Assembly (NCBI GenBank): GCA_937125475.1
Contig: CAKZLL010000379.1
Location: 3,372 to 67,371, forward strand
Source: an uncultured Saprospiraceae bacterium
GTDB lineage: Bacteria; Bacteroidota; Bacteroidia; Chitinophagales; Saprospiraceae
DNA: 64,000 bases
Reading direction: 5' to 3'
A program made the position numbers and the translations under genes. Below, piece after piece: positions 39,070 through 48,521 of this stretch. A model generated the notes under the pieces. The model was not told the DNA's origin. It did no database searches and saw only the letters and a list, made by a program, of their open reading frames with translations. How positions within the stretch are numbered: position 1 is the first letter of the stretch; every line of letters begins with the position of its first letter.

Positions 39070-39870
39070 TTATTTAACAATATTGTTTTCTACTAAAGTA
39101 TCAACTAATCCGATAGAAGCATCTTCCATTCTGTTAACGATACCATCAATTTTAGAAACGATATAGTTATAAGCAATTTGAAGAATAATCGCAACGATCA
39201 AACCAAATACAGTTGTTAATAAAGCCACTTTAATACCATCAGCAACAATTGCAGGAGAAATATCACCTACAGATGCGATTTTATCAAATGCCTGAATCAT
39301 ACCGATTACTGTACCCATGAAACCAAGCATCGGAGCAATAGAGATAAATAATGAAATCCAAACTAAACCTCTTTCCAAAAGTCCCATCTGAACAGCACCG
39401 TAAGAAACTACAGCTTTTTCAACGCTTTCAACGCCTTTGTCTGCATTTTTTAAACCTTCATGTAAAATAGAAGCAGTAGGTCCTTGAGTTGACTTACATA
39501 CATCCATAGCACCTTGTAGGTCGCCATCTTTCAATTTGTCATCAATTTTAGATAATAATTTATCGGTATTAACTGTTGCGATATTCAAAGTAATGATACG
39601 CTCAATACAGAAAGCTAAACCTAAAATTAAACAAACTAATACTAGAGCCATGAAACTCCATCCACCTTCAATGAAATACTTTTTCAATAATTGGTGTCCG
39701 AAAGCTAACTCTTCTCCTTCACCTTCATCTGTGGCTGCTGCAGGTTCTTCTGCTGGTGCATCTTCAACTTGTGAAGTGTCTGCTGGTTCTGCGTCTTGTG
39801 CGAATACAGTATTAGTATTAACAAATACAGCGAACCCTAAAATGAAAATGAGCGCAAGTAATTTTCTCAT
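39070..39870 (-). CDS. exbB: MotA/TolQ/ExbB proton-channel protein
   Basis: 266 aa; signal-like N-terminus, acidic linker, then the conserved ExbB core (APMLGFMGTVIGMIQAF). Confidence 0.88.
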   Translation of the reverse strand: MRKLLALIFILGFAVFVNTNTVFAQDAEPADTSQVEDAPAEEPAAATDEGEGEELAFGHQLLKKYFIEGGWSFMALVLVCLILGLAFCIERIITLNIATVNTDKLLSKIDDKLKDGDLQGAMDVCKSTQGPTASILHEGLKNADKGVESVEKAVVSYGAVQMGLLERGLVWISLFISIAPMLGFMGTVIGMIQAFDKIASVGDISPAIVADGIKVALLTTVFGLIVAIILQIAYNYIVSKIDGIVNRMEDASIGLVDTLVENNIVK

Positions 39871-40092
39871 AATTAAAAGGATTTTCGAATTGTTTTAACT
39901 TTTCAATTTTTATGATCAAATAAATAATTTCCTTAGTTAGTCTGTGTTTCTAGAGTTATCATTTTTTTCTCGCTATAAAGTTACTTAATATTTCAAAAAA
40001 TACTCATTTTTTGGCAAAAAATGTTAATTTTTTGTTAATACATGAGTACAAAATATAATATAAGAACTCTTTATAGTTAAGAAAATAATGTG

Positions 40093-40180
40093 CGGAGAGA
40101 GTGGGATTCGAACCCACGATACCCTTTTGAGGTATACACACTTTCCAGGCGTGCGCCTTCGACCACTCGGCCACCTCTCC
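40093..40180 (-). tRNA. tRNA-Ser (anticodon GGA)
   Basis: The reverse complement reads GGAGAGG-T-GGCCGAGTGGTCGAAGGCG...CT-GGA-AA anticodon loop, a long variable arm (TATACCTCAAAAGGGTAT), T-arm GTGGGTTCGAATCCCAC, acceptor TCTCTCC + G; CCA is not encoded. Confidence 0.9.
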
Positions 40181-40393
40181 TTTCTTTCTTGTCTAAAAAA
40201 CATGTTTTCTTAGACTTTTTCCTCTGTCGTTCACAGCACCGCACAAAAATTGTAATAAATACTTATAAATCAAAATTTTTTGTGGTAATGATGCGTACTA
40301 TGTTCGTCTTTATCCCTTTTAATGCCAAAAAACACATAAAAAAGTCTGTTTTAGTTATTTTTTGACATTAAAAACTGTCACATTATTAATATT

Positions 40394-41167
40394 TTAAATA
40401 TGAAAACCAAAAACTTTATTGGCATTTATAGTTGTTTGTTTAGCAACCTCTTTTAGCGAAATTCCTTTGACAGTAGCTAATTTTTCGGCAATGTACAGTG
40501 TATAAGCACTCTCATTTCGTTTTCCTCTTTTGGGTTTTGGTGATAAATAAGGCGCATCCGTTTCTAAAACGATATAATCCATCGGTATGTCCCCTGCTAT
40601 TTTATCTAATCCACCATTTTTAAATGTCAAAACACCTCCAAATCCCATATAAAAACCTGTATTCATAATTCGTTTTGCTTGTTCCAATGTACCTGTAAAG
40701 CAATGAAAAATCCCATTCAAACGATCATCTTTTTCTTCTTCTACTATTTCTATGATGATATCTAATGCATCTCTGGCGTGTATGATGATAGGAATATTTA
40801 ATTTTTTTGCCCATTTTATTTGAATACGGAAAGCATCTTTTTGCTCTTCAAAGAAAGTCTTGTCCCAATATAAATCAATACCAATTTCACCAATAGCAAC
40901 AAATGGACGTTTTTCTAACCACTTTTCTACTATTGCTAATTCCTCTTTATAGTTTGCTTTAACTGAGCAAGGATGCAGCCCCATCATTGGAAAACATCGA
41001 TTTGGATATTGCTCTTCTAGTTTCAACATTCCATCAATAGAAGCACTATCTATATTCGGCAAATAAAATCGCTCAACACCACTGGCAATTGCTCGCTCTA
41101 TCATCTCGGTTCTATCCGCATCAAATTGTTCGGCATACAAATGTGTATGCGTATCTATTATAGTCAT
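40394..41167 (-). CDS. tatD: TatD-family metal-dependent hydrolase/DNase
   Basis: 257 aa; IDTHTHL, IGEIGIDLYW, IIHARDA, HCFTG, LETDAPYL motifs. Confidence 0.9.
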   Translation of the reverse strand: MTIIDTHTHLYAEQFDADRTEMIERAIASGVERFYLPNIDSASIDGMLKLEEQYPNRCFPMMGLHPCSVKANYKEELAIVEKWLEKRPFVAIGEIGIDLYWDKTFFEEQKDAFRIQIKWAKKLNIPIIIHARDALDIIIEIVEEEKDDRLNGIFHCFTGTLEQAKRIMNTGFYMGFGGVLTFKNGGLDKIAGDIPMDYIVLETDAPYLSPKPKRGKRNESAYTLYIAEKLATVKGISLKEVAKQTTINANKVFGFHI

Positions 41168-41190
41168 TCAATTGTTGTTTATTAATTTTT

Positions 41191-41267
41191 AGGTGTCGGG
41201 GGCGAGGTGTCAGGTGTCAGTCTAATCATGTTAAAAATGCTGACACCTGACACCTGACACCTGACAC
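41191..41267. repeat. Inverted pair of CCTGACA-heptamer arrays (16-bp perfect stem, 19-nt spacer)
   Basis: aggtgtcgggggcgaggtgtcaggtgtcag (41191-41220) - spacer - ctgacacctgacacctgacacctttcgc (41240-41267). The left arm in reverse complement has the same unit order as the copy at 416-458. Confidence 0.85.
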
Positions 41268-41488
41268 CTTTCGCTATAAATGGTTAAAAAAATCATAAAA
41301 TGCAAATATAAACAATCATTAAAACATGACCTATATATATTTAAACGTCTAAAAGGCAAATTAAAGTAAATTTAATTATTAAAATTATGTGAATGGATGT
41401 ACTATTTGTGTGATTATGCGTTTTTAGTATATCAAATGATTTATGATTTTAATCATCAAGTATCAACATCATAATTAAAGCTGTCAAA

Positions 41489-42550
41489 ATGAAACAATAT
41501 TTTATTACCCTATTAGGGATCTTAGGTTTATCCCTCTATACTAATGGACAAACCTTGCATACACCAGACGAAATCACTAAGATTATAAAGAAATCCATTA
41601 CCTATTATGATTTTCAAAAAGATAAAAACGTAGCACAAGGAAAGATGCTTGATATCTTAGCTAATGATTATTATTTTCAAATAAGTGATGAGAAAGAAGA
41701 TCAAGAATTGGATCAATATAGTTTAGAGGCAGATCCAAAATTATATTCTAAATACCTGAAGGCACACAAGTATCAAACAGCGACTAAATATAAAAAAGCC
41801 CGTAAAACATATAATAAGTTATTAAAAACGCTTCCTAATCATGCAGGCTTTATGACACAAATTGGTTGGACTTATTTTTATGAAAATAATAATACAGAAG
41901 CAGTAAAGTGGGCTAATAAAGCATTAAGAACTAATCATATACATTATCCAGCTTATGTGTTATTGACCAATATTTATTTGAAAAGTCAAAAGATAGATGA
42001 GGCTATGGCAACAGTCACTAAAGCTCATTTATTGAATAGGAACGATAGGAAGATTATCTTATTGCTAAAAAAAGTTTATGTCCAAAAACGATTAATTTAT
42101 GACGATAGTTGGGCATTTGTCAAAGAATACGAGATGACCAAAAAATCTGATAATAAAATAGATATCCGATACAACGGTGAACCTTGGAGAGCTTATGCTG
42201 CTTGTCAAGCAATGTGGGAATATGAGCCTTATTATAAACAAAAAATGGTTATTGTAAATGAGGATGAAGAAGGTCTTCGGTATCACGAGGCTTTATTAAA
42301 TATGGCGATTGCATATGAAAATTGGGGAGACTTAAAACATAAGAAAAAGTTCAATATGGGAAAAGCACTCCAAAAAGCAGTAAAAGAACAAATGATACAA
42401 GAGTTTATTCTATATGAAATAAAATTGGCAGAGAATCCCAAATTGGGATTTTATTTTTCAGAAGATGAAATTAACACCTTAGCTAAATATATTTTAACCG
42501 TTAAATCTTTAAAGATTCCTGAGAATAAACAAATTGGAAAGGAACATTAA
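41489..42550 (+). CDS. Secreted TPR-like repeat protein, function unknown
   Basis: 353 aa; signal peptide; helical-repeat region (KARKTYNKLLKTLPNHAGFMTQIGWTYFYENNNTEAVKWANKALRTN...). Confidence 0.6.
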   Translation: MKQYFITLLGILGLSLYTNGQTLHTPDEITKIIKKSITYYDFQKDKNVAQGKMLDILANDYYFQISDEKEDQELDQYSLEADPKLYSKYLKAHKYQTATKYKKARKTYNKLLKTLPNHAGFMTQIGWTYFYENNNTEAVKWANKALRTNHIHYPAYVLLTNIYLKSQKIDEAMATVTKAHLLNRNDRKIILLLKKVYVQKRLIYDDSWAFVKEYEMTKKSDNKIDIRYNGEPWRAYAACQAMWEYEPYYKQKMVIVNEDEEGLRYHEALLNMAIAYENWGDLKHKKKFNMGKALQKAVKEQMIQEFILYEIKLAENPKLGFYFSEDEINTLAKYILTVKSLKIPENKQIGKEH

Positions 42551-42711
42551 ATACCATAAAAACAGTTGATGAGAATTGTTGATAAGAGCCTAAAATCCCC
42601 GTCACGATGTTTTAATGTACAAAATAAATATGATTTATTGATTATGAAATAGTTATATATTTTTATTTAAAAACTTAGTTTCGAAATTCATCTCCTCAAT
42701 TATTAGAGAAT

Positions 42712-42775
42712 AATGCCTAATTATAAAGTCATTCAGCGTAATATACCTATTTGAATGACTTTATAATTAGGCATT
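42712..42775 (+). repeat. Perfect 24-bp stem hairpin (16-nt loop) followed by T5
   Basis: aatgcctaattataaagtcattca / tgaatgactttataattaggcatt, then ttttt. Located 160 nt downstream of the nearest CDS and bracketed by identical 15-mers ATTTTTATTTAAAAA at 42659 and 42899. Confidence 0.75.
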
Positions 42776-43128
42776 TTTACAAGACAAATTCGCTCAAAAA
42801 GTGTCACTAAAAGCCTGATTTTTGAAAAAAATAATCCAAAAAAAATAAAAGTGGTACAATAATTTCCACTTAGTAAGTAATTCCTGAACACTTTTGTCAT
42901 TTTTATTTAAAAATCTAAGAAACCTTTTGATATTGAATTATCAAAAATAAAATATGTTGTATATTGGAAACCTTCCAAACTACAATTTGTATAAAACAAG
43001 ATTTAAATAAGACTAACTAACTATATTAATATTAACTAACTCATAATAGAGGAAAAAATGTTCTTTTTGACCTTTATTAGCGTCTAGAGTTTAAACTCTA
43101 TTCACGCCGTTTTATACAATGCACTAAC

Positions 43129-45291
43129 ATGAGAATTATAGCAATACTATTACTAACAAACTTATCTATTATCTCACTTTGGTCTCAGCATTATTATCCT
43201 CTGGAATCAAAAGGTAAATTACCTAAGGATTTTGTGATTTCCCCAATTCAAAAATACAAAAATCTTACTAGTAATATTTCCGACTTAGCGCGGAAAAGAG
43301 GACGAGTGACTGAAGAACGTTTTTATTTAAAATCGAGTTTTGTTATTGATGATTTACTAAAAAGCGGAAAGGTGCTTTTTAATGATCCTGTGACAAAATA
43401 TATCAATGAAGTTGCGGATCAACTTCTAGCTCACGATCTGCCTTTAAGAAATAAAATTCGATTTTATGCGGTACGATCTGCTAGTGTAAATGCCTTTGCT
43501 ACGCATGAGGGGATCATTTTTGTAAACCTTGGTCTTTTGGCTCGCCTTGACAATGAAGCTCAATTAGCTTTCATTTTAGCCCACGAAATCACTCATTTTA
43601 AAGAAAAACATGCCCTCAATCTTTTTGCGAACTCAGAACGACACGCTCATAATAAAGGTGGTTTTTTAAGAGATAAACACTTAGAAAAAGAATTATTATC
43701 TAAGCAACAATTTTCTCAAGAATTGGAATTAGATGCAGATCGAAAGGGGTTTGTACTATTTGAAAAATCAAATTATAGCACGAAGGATTTAGGGAGTTTA
43801 TTTCACGCTTTAGCCTTGACGCATCAGCCTTATGGTAATGCTCCTTTCTCTAAGGCTTTTTTTGAAACAGAGTTTTTAAAATTCCCCAATCGTTTTTTTC
43901 TTGAGGAAGTTAGTCCATATTCAGCAACAATAGAAACCAGTAATAAAAATAGCTCTCACCCAGATATTATCCAAAGGCAAGAAAAACTGAATAGTTATAT
44001 TGAAAAAGAAGATTTGAACAAGAAAAACTTCTTAGTGGCAGCTCCGCTTTTTTATAAATTAAGAGAAAAAACACGCTACGAATTATCCTATCTTTATTTG
44101 AATGAAGGCAATTATTACAATGCAATTTTTAATGCTTATATGATCTTGAATGAAGGAAAAGAAAGCCTTTATTTAAGAAAATGTGTGGCAAAAGCGCTTC
44201 AAAGTTTTGTCTATTTTAGAAATTCAAAACATACTAATAAAGTCGAAATTCATCACAACTATGTGGCAGGAAATGTCCAGCAACTACATTATTTTATTAA
44301 TAGTCTTAAAAATGATGAATTAAACGTATTAGCATTAGGGTACGCTTGGAAATTGTATAAAAATAATATGGAGGATGTGGAATTAAAAGGGATTGTTCAA
44401 GGGCTTTTTCAGCAAATGGTCTATTTTCATTTTGATAAATTAGAAGTATTTTATCAAAATGCACCTAACTTTGACAACTCGGTAATTTCGGCTAATTTGA
44501 AGCCTTCAAATAATAAACTTTGGGAAAAAGAATTTATTAAATATGCTTTTGTAGATTATCTAAAAGATCCTGAATTTATTAATTTCTTTAAAAAATCGAA
44601 ACGCCAAAAATTTGTAAAAAAGCGGGAAGAAGCGTTTGCAGAGACGAAACGAGGACAATCAATCAAACGATATGAATCTAAAAAACGTTTGGAAAATGGT
44701 TATGCTTTAGGAATTAATAAGATTGTTTTAGTTAATCCTCATTACATTAAATATGATTCTCGCAAGGTTAATAATCAAAAATTATTTGTCGAATCTGAAA
44801 GCGCGAGGCAGAGTTTTCGTAAAAAACTATGGAAAAATGCTCAAATAGCTGAATTACAAGCCTCTATTTTAGACGTAAAAAATCTTAGAACGCAAGACGC
44901 TCAGAAATATAATGATATTTCAATCTTGAATGAATGGTTCGACCAACAATTGGATTTTGATTATTTCGATATGCAAAGTTTTAATCAAGATCGTGTCAAT
45001 AAAATTGCAAAAAAATATGGCACGGATTATTTTGTATGGATGGGCGTAGTTAATAAAAGAGAGAACAAAAATTTATTGAATAGCTTGACTGAATTTTACA
45101 CGCCTTACAATGGATTATACAACTTATTAACGCCTAAATATGAATCTCTTTTCTTTGCTGTTGTCTACGATGTTAGAAATTATGATCTAAAAATGGTTAA
45201 GATGGAAATGATTAAGCAAAAAGATCATGACAGTATTATTAATGCTCATATTTATGATACCTTTATTCAAATCAAACAAAAAAAGGATTAA
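43129..45291 (+). CDS. M48-family zinc metallopeptidase with about 450-aa C-terminal extension
   Basis: 720 aa; signal peptide; HEITH (HExxH) at ILAHEITHF and a downstream acidic ligand region ELELDADRKG. Confidence 0.75.
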   Translation: MRIIAILLLTNLSIISLWSQHYYPLESKGKLPKDFVISPIQKYKNLTSNISDLARKRGRVTEERFYLKSSFVIDDLLKSGKVLFNDPVTKYINEVADQLLAHDLPLRNKIRFYAVRSASVNAFATHEGIIFVNLGLLARLDNEAQLAFILAHEITHFKEKHALNLFANSERHAHNKGGFLRDKHLEKELLSKQQFSQELELDADRKGFVLFEKSNYSTKDLGSLFHALALTHQPYGNAPFSKAFFETEFLKFPNRFFLEEVSPYSATIETSNKNSSHPDIIQRQEKLNSYIEKEDLNKKNFLVAAPLFYKLREKTRYELSYLYLNEGNYYNAIFNAYMILNEGKESLYLRKCVAKALQSFVYFRNSKHTNKVEIHHNYVAGNVQQLHYFINSLKNDELNVLALGYAWKLYKNNMEDVELKGIVQGLFQQMVYFHFDKLEVFYQNAPNFDNSVISANLKPSNNKLWEKEFIKYAFVDYLKDPEFINFFKKSKRQKFVKKREEAFAETKRGQSIKRYESKKRLENGYALGINKIVLVNPHYIKYDSRKVNNQKLFVESESARQSFRKKLWKNAQIAELQASILDVKNLRTQDAQKYNDISILNEWFDQQLDFDYFDMQSFNQDRVNKIAKKYGTDYFVWMGVVNKRENKNLLNSLTEFYTPYNGLYNLLTPKYESLFFAVVYDVRNYDLKMVKMEMIKQKDHDSIINAHIYDTFIQIKQKKD

Positions 45292-45642
45292 AACTTAAAT
45301 AATAATAACAATGAATGATATATTATATTTAATTCATAATTATTATTTTACATATTCAATAAATATTGATATAATTATATTTTATGTTGTCACACTTTTA
45401 ACAATTATATTTTTATTTTTGGAAAAAAAATCTTGCATCTTCGCACTATCTAATAAAAACTAGTACAAAAGCTGATTATTTCGTTTTATCAGAATGGAAA
45501 AATCACTTTACCCATCTCAAAATAAGTATGAAAACTATTTTTACTGTATGATTTTTTCATATAGGAGCTTTCTGTGTCATTTTGTACCTTTTGATAAAGC
45601 ACATTACACACACTAACAAAAAAAGAGGAAGCTCTTCAAGAA

Positions 45643-46305
45643 ATGAAACAGATTCTATTAACAACTCTATTAATGATCACTTGTTCGATGGTCATGTATG
45701 CTCAACGTGTTCCAGGGTATCAGGGGAAAAGAACGTATTTAGAATATAATTTTTTGTCATCACCAGTGATATTAGGTGTTACAAAGCGAGGCAATAAATT
45801 AGGAATTGGAGACAAGCGAAGTTTAGCCGCTTGGAGTTTTCGGAATAAAGTGAATATGAATTATGTCACTAAAAGAAATTCAGAAATTGGAGGAAGTTTT
45901 AGTTTTGGTCGAACAGGGGTTTTGGATACGAATGAATCTCTGGGCGAATTACGATTTACTTCCGTTGGATTACATCAAAATCGTTATTTTGTAAAATCGA
46001 CGGGCGCGTTAGCTCCGTTAGGGCGATATTTTAGGATGGAAGCACAATATGTTCAATCAGCAGCTTTCTTTTTGAATGAACCTAGAATTGATTTTCATTT
46101 TGCTTATGCTGGCGCAGGGTTAGGCACAAGAATGGTGTTTAGAAATTTTGTGACAGTGAATTTGTCTTTTCAATCTGGCTTTATTATCCCATTAAAATTT
46201 AGCAATTCAGATGCACACTTTGAACACCGAAATACCGTTAGAAAAAGATTACAATCCTTTTATTTATACGAAACCAATATTGGTATTGGTTTATTATTAT
46301 TTTAA
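45643..46305 (+). CDS. Hypothetical outer-membrane beta-barrel-like protein
   Basis: 220 aa; signal peptide; alternating hydrophobic pattern and a C-terminal aromatic residue (..GLLLF). Confidence 0.5.
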   Translation: MKQILLTTLLMITCSMVMYAQRVPGYQGKRTYLEYNFLSSPVILGVTKRGNKLGIGDKRSLAAWSFRNKVNMNYVTKRNSEIGGSFSFGRTGVLDTNESLGELRFTSVGLHQNRYFVKSTGALAPLGRYFRMEAQYVQSAAFFLNEPRIDFHFAYAGAGLGTRMVFRNFVTVNLSFQSGFIIPLKFSNSDAHFEHRNTVRKRLQSFYLYETNIGIGLLLF

Positions 46306-46323
46306 GATTTAAAATAATAATGG

Positions 46324-46449
46324 TTCATTGACAATTTTTGCCAGAATGAATATTTTTTAAATCCAGCGGTGGCTTGCCCGTTGTTTTTCAAAGAATTAGA
46401 TTAATGGAGCAAGCCCACATTAGAATAAATGGCAAAAATTGTCAATCAA
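46324..46449. repeat. About 125-nt imperfect palindrome
   Basis: Outer arms ttgacaatttttgcca (46328-46343) / tggcaaaaattgtcaa (46430-46445) are perfect over 16 bp; inner gtggcttgc / gcaagcccac adds near-complementarity. Confidence 0.65.
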
Positions 46450-46676
46450 CCATAAAAAGGATCGGATCTCTTGAAGAGATCCGACCCTTAACTAGAGGCA
46501 CAAAAGCATAAAAATTCACTATTTTCCATTATAAATATACAATCGAGCTATTATGCAAAGTAATCACATTCAGCTTAAGTTTTCGAAAGGCTTGATCTTT
46601 CTCTCTCTCTATGGCGCAAAAAAGTTGAAATCCATTATTGAAGAATGGGTTTATTGAGCCAATAATTTATGTTTTG

Positions 46677-46713
46677 AGTTGTTGAATCAGAAACGGTTCA
46701 ACAACTTTTTTTT
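46677..46713 (+). terminator. Canonical plus-strand rho-independent terminator with no annotated plus-strand gene nearby
   Basis: agttgttgaa / ttcaacaact 10-bp stem, 10-nt loop, then T8 on the plus strand only; about 370 nt downstream of the nearest plus-strand CDS. Confidence 0.65.
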
Positions 46714-46721
46714 ATGCTTTT

Positions 46722-47459
46722 TTATAGATCAAAACGATGTAAATCGTATAGTTCTATTGTTTTGATGAGTTGCTTCGCATAGCTTTTATTATTAGAATAT
46801 CTCGCTTTTTCCAATCCTTTTGCCCAAGCTTTGTAATCCGTTTTGCTGATTGACTTCAATTTTTTGAATGTTCCTGTTGTAATATATTGACTGTGATTTC
46901 GGAAACTACTCCACGGACTTTCATATTTTCTATAACAAATCTTCTCTTTAGATTGTAGTTTTTTCCCTGTCCATTTTTTACAATTTAAATGAAAATGATT
47001 GTTGCCTAGGCGAGCAGGTTCGCTTGTCCCAGCTAAACTATTCAACATCGCCTGCCCTAAAATGATCGAGGCAGGAATATTGAACTTGTTCATCTCATCT
47101 ATTGCTACACGAGAAAAACGACGAATATATGCTTGATGTACTGCCCTTTTTATTTTTTTAAGGCGCTTTAACGCTTGTTCATTTGTGCTGTGGGTGGACG
47201 GTAATAAACTACTCGTTGAAGGAGATTCTGATTGATCAGCTTGTTGTTCCGTGATCTTACTTTCTTTTGCATTGGGCTTGGGAATACTTGGAATAGTAGG
47301 GGAAATAGGCTGTTCCTCTTCGGGAAAATGACTTGGCGCACTCAAGTTCAGGTTAAATGAAAAATCTTTTTGCAGGATTAGAAAAGCTACAATAGCTAAT
47401 AGTAACATTCTCGTTCTTGGCTTTTTGAAGAAGCCTTTCCCTTGTTTTTGATCTGTCAT
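46722..47459 (-). CDS. Glucosaminidase-domain (mannosyl-glycoprotein endo-beta-N-acetylglucosaminidase-like) protein
   Basis: 245 aa; TM/signal anchor, low-complexity linker, then IPASIILGQAMLNSLAGTSEPARLGNNHFHL, typical of the FlgJ/LytD glucosaminidase domain. Confidence 0.72.
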   Translation of the reverse strand: MTDQKQGKGFFKKPRTRMLLLAIVAFLILQKDFSFNLNLSAPSHFPEEEQPISPTIPSIPKPNAKESKITEQQADQSESPSTSSLLPSTHSTNEQALKRLKKIKRAVHQAYIRRFSRVAIDEMNKFNIPASIILGQAMLNSLAGTSEPARLGNNHFHLNCKKWTGKKLQSKEKICYRKYESPWSSFRNHSQYITTGTFKKLKSISKTDYKAWAKGLEKARYSNNKSYAKQLIKTIELYDLHRFDL

Positions 47460-47584
47460 ATTTTTAAAAATTAAATCAACTATTGTTTTATTTCAAAATA
47501 ATTTCAATCAAATATAAAACAAATTGTTTTAAATGTCAATTTTTAATTTATGTTTTTTTACATATGAAATACCAACAAACAAAA

Positions 47585-47613
47585 AAGGTAAGCCATTCAA
47601 AATGACTTACCTT
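47585..47613 (-). terminator. Rho-independent terminator of the Nfu gene
   Basis: aaggtaag / cttacctt stem followed on the minus strand by ttttttgtttg. Confidence 0.65.
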
Positions 47614-47652
47614 CTATATTTATTTAATCTTAAAAATAATGATGATAATTAA

Positions 47653-48261
47653 TTATCCCATTTCTGCAACGACCTCTTTTACTTGAGGTACCATGCGTTT
47701 CAACATTCCTTCAATACCTGACTTTAATGTCACAGTAGAAGAAGGACAACCGCTGCAAGATCCTTGAAGGACAACAGTAACAGTTCCTTGATTAAATGCT
47801 TTGAATTCGATATTTCCGCCATCCATTTCAACAGCAGGTTTCACGTAAGTATCAATCAATTCTTTGATCTGTCCTACGATTTCAGCGTCTTCGCCCTCAT
47901 AACTGACGGCCTCTTCTTTTTCGATTTCTGCTTTAGCCGCTTCAAAACCATCTTTGACGATTTCTTTGCCATCCTCAACATATGTTTTCACGAATTGCTT
48001 CAAATTCAACATAATATCTTCCCAAGCGTAGTTGAATTCTTTAGTGACTGTTACAAAATTGTTGGTAATATAAACACCTTTCACAAAAGGTAATTCAAAT
48101 AATGATGCTGCTAAAGGAGACCATTCTACTGCCAATTCCTCTTCTCTAAAATCTGCTGTACCACCAGAATACAACATACGATTAGTGACAAACTTCAATG
48201 ATTCTGGATTGGGAGTTTGCTCTGTATAAATTAAAACTGGACTTTTAGTTGCTGTTTCCAT
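47653..48261 (-). CDS. Nfu/NifU-like Fe-S cluster carrier (Nfu_N + NifU C-terminal domain)
   Basis: 202 aa; N-terminal TPNPESLKF, C-terminal DGGNIEF...LQGSCSGCPSS CxxC motif. Confidence 0.88.
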   Translation of the reverse strand: METATKSPVLIYTEQTPNPESLKFVTNRMLYSGGTADFREEELAVEWSPLAASLFELPFVKGVYITNNFVTVTKEFNYAWEDIMLNLKQFVKTYVEDGKEIVKDGFEAAKAEIEKEEAVSYEGEDAEIVGQIKELIDTYVKPAVEMDGGNIEFKAFNQGTVTVVLQGSCSGCPSSTVTLKSGIEGMLKRMVPQVKEVVAEMG

Positions 48262-48521
48262 GATTTATTGTCTATTTTATAAAAAAGATAGATGTTTTTC
48301 GCCAACATCCTCTATTTTTTTGATTCTAAATGAATATAAATACAAACCTATACTTTATTTAAAAAATTGATAATCAAATATTTATACTCTATTTTGCTAT
48401 TCCTTTATTTTTAATAGAAATGGAATAGGTGCAAAATTAATGTTTAAACTGTTACTTTAACAAAAAAAATCCAAGATTGGTTGACTTTAACGTAAAAGTT
48501 GTTCATTTTTTTAATCACATT

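Noticed and set aside
37468-40180. Genomic island integrated at the tRNA-Ser 3' end
   Set aside because: The genes downstream of the tRNA 3' end are a standard exbB-x-exbD-exbD cluster. There is no integrase and I saw no direct repeat of the tRNA 3' end.
40090-40365. 91-aa plus-strand ORF in the track
   Set aside because: Its first ~90 nt are the antisense of a well-formed tRNA-Ser(GGA), and the remainder is low-complexity intergenic sequence. It is a spurious ORF.
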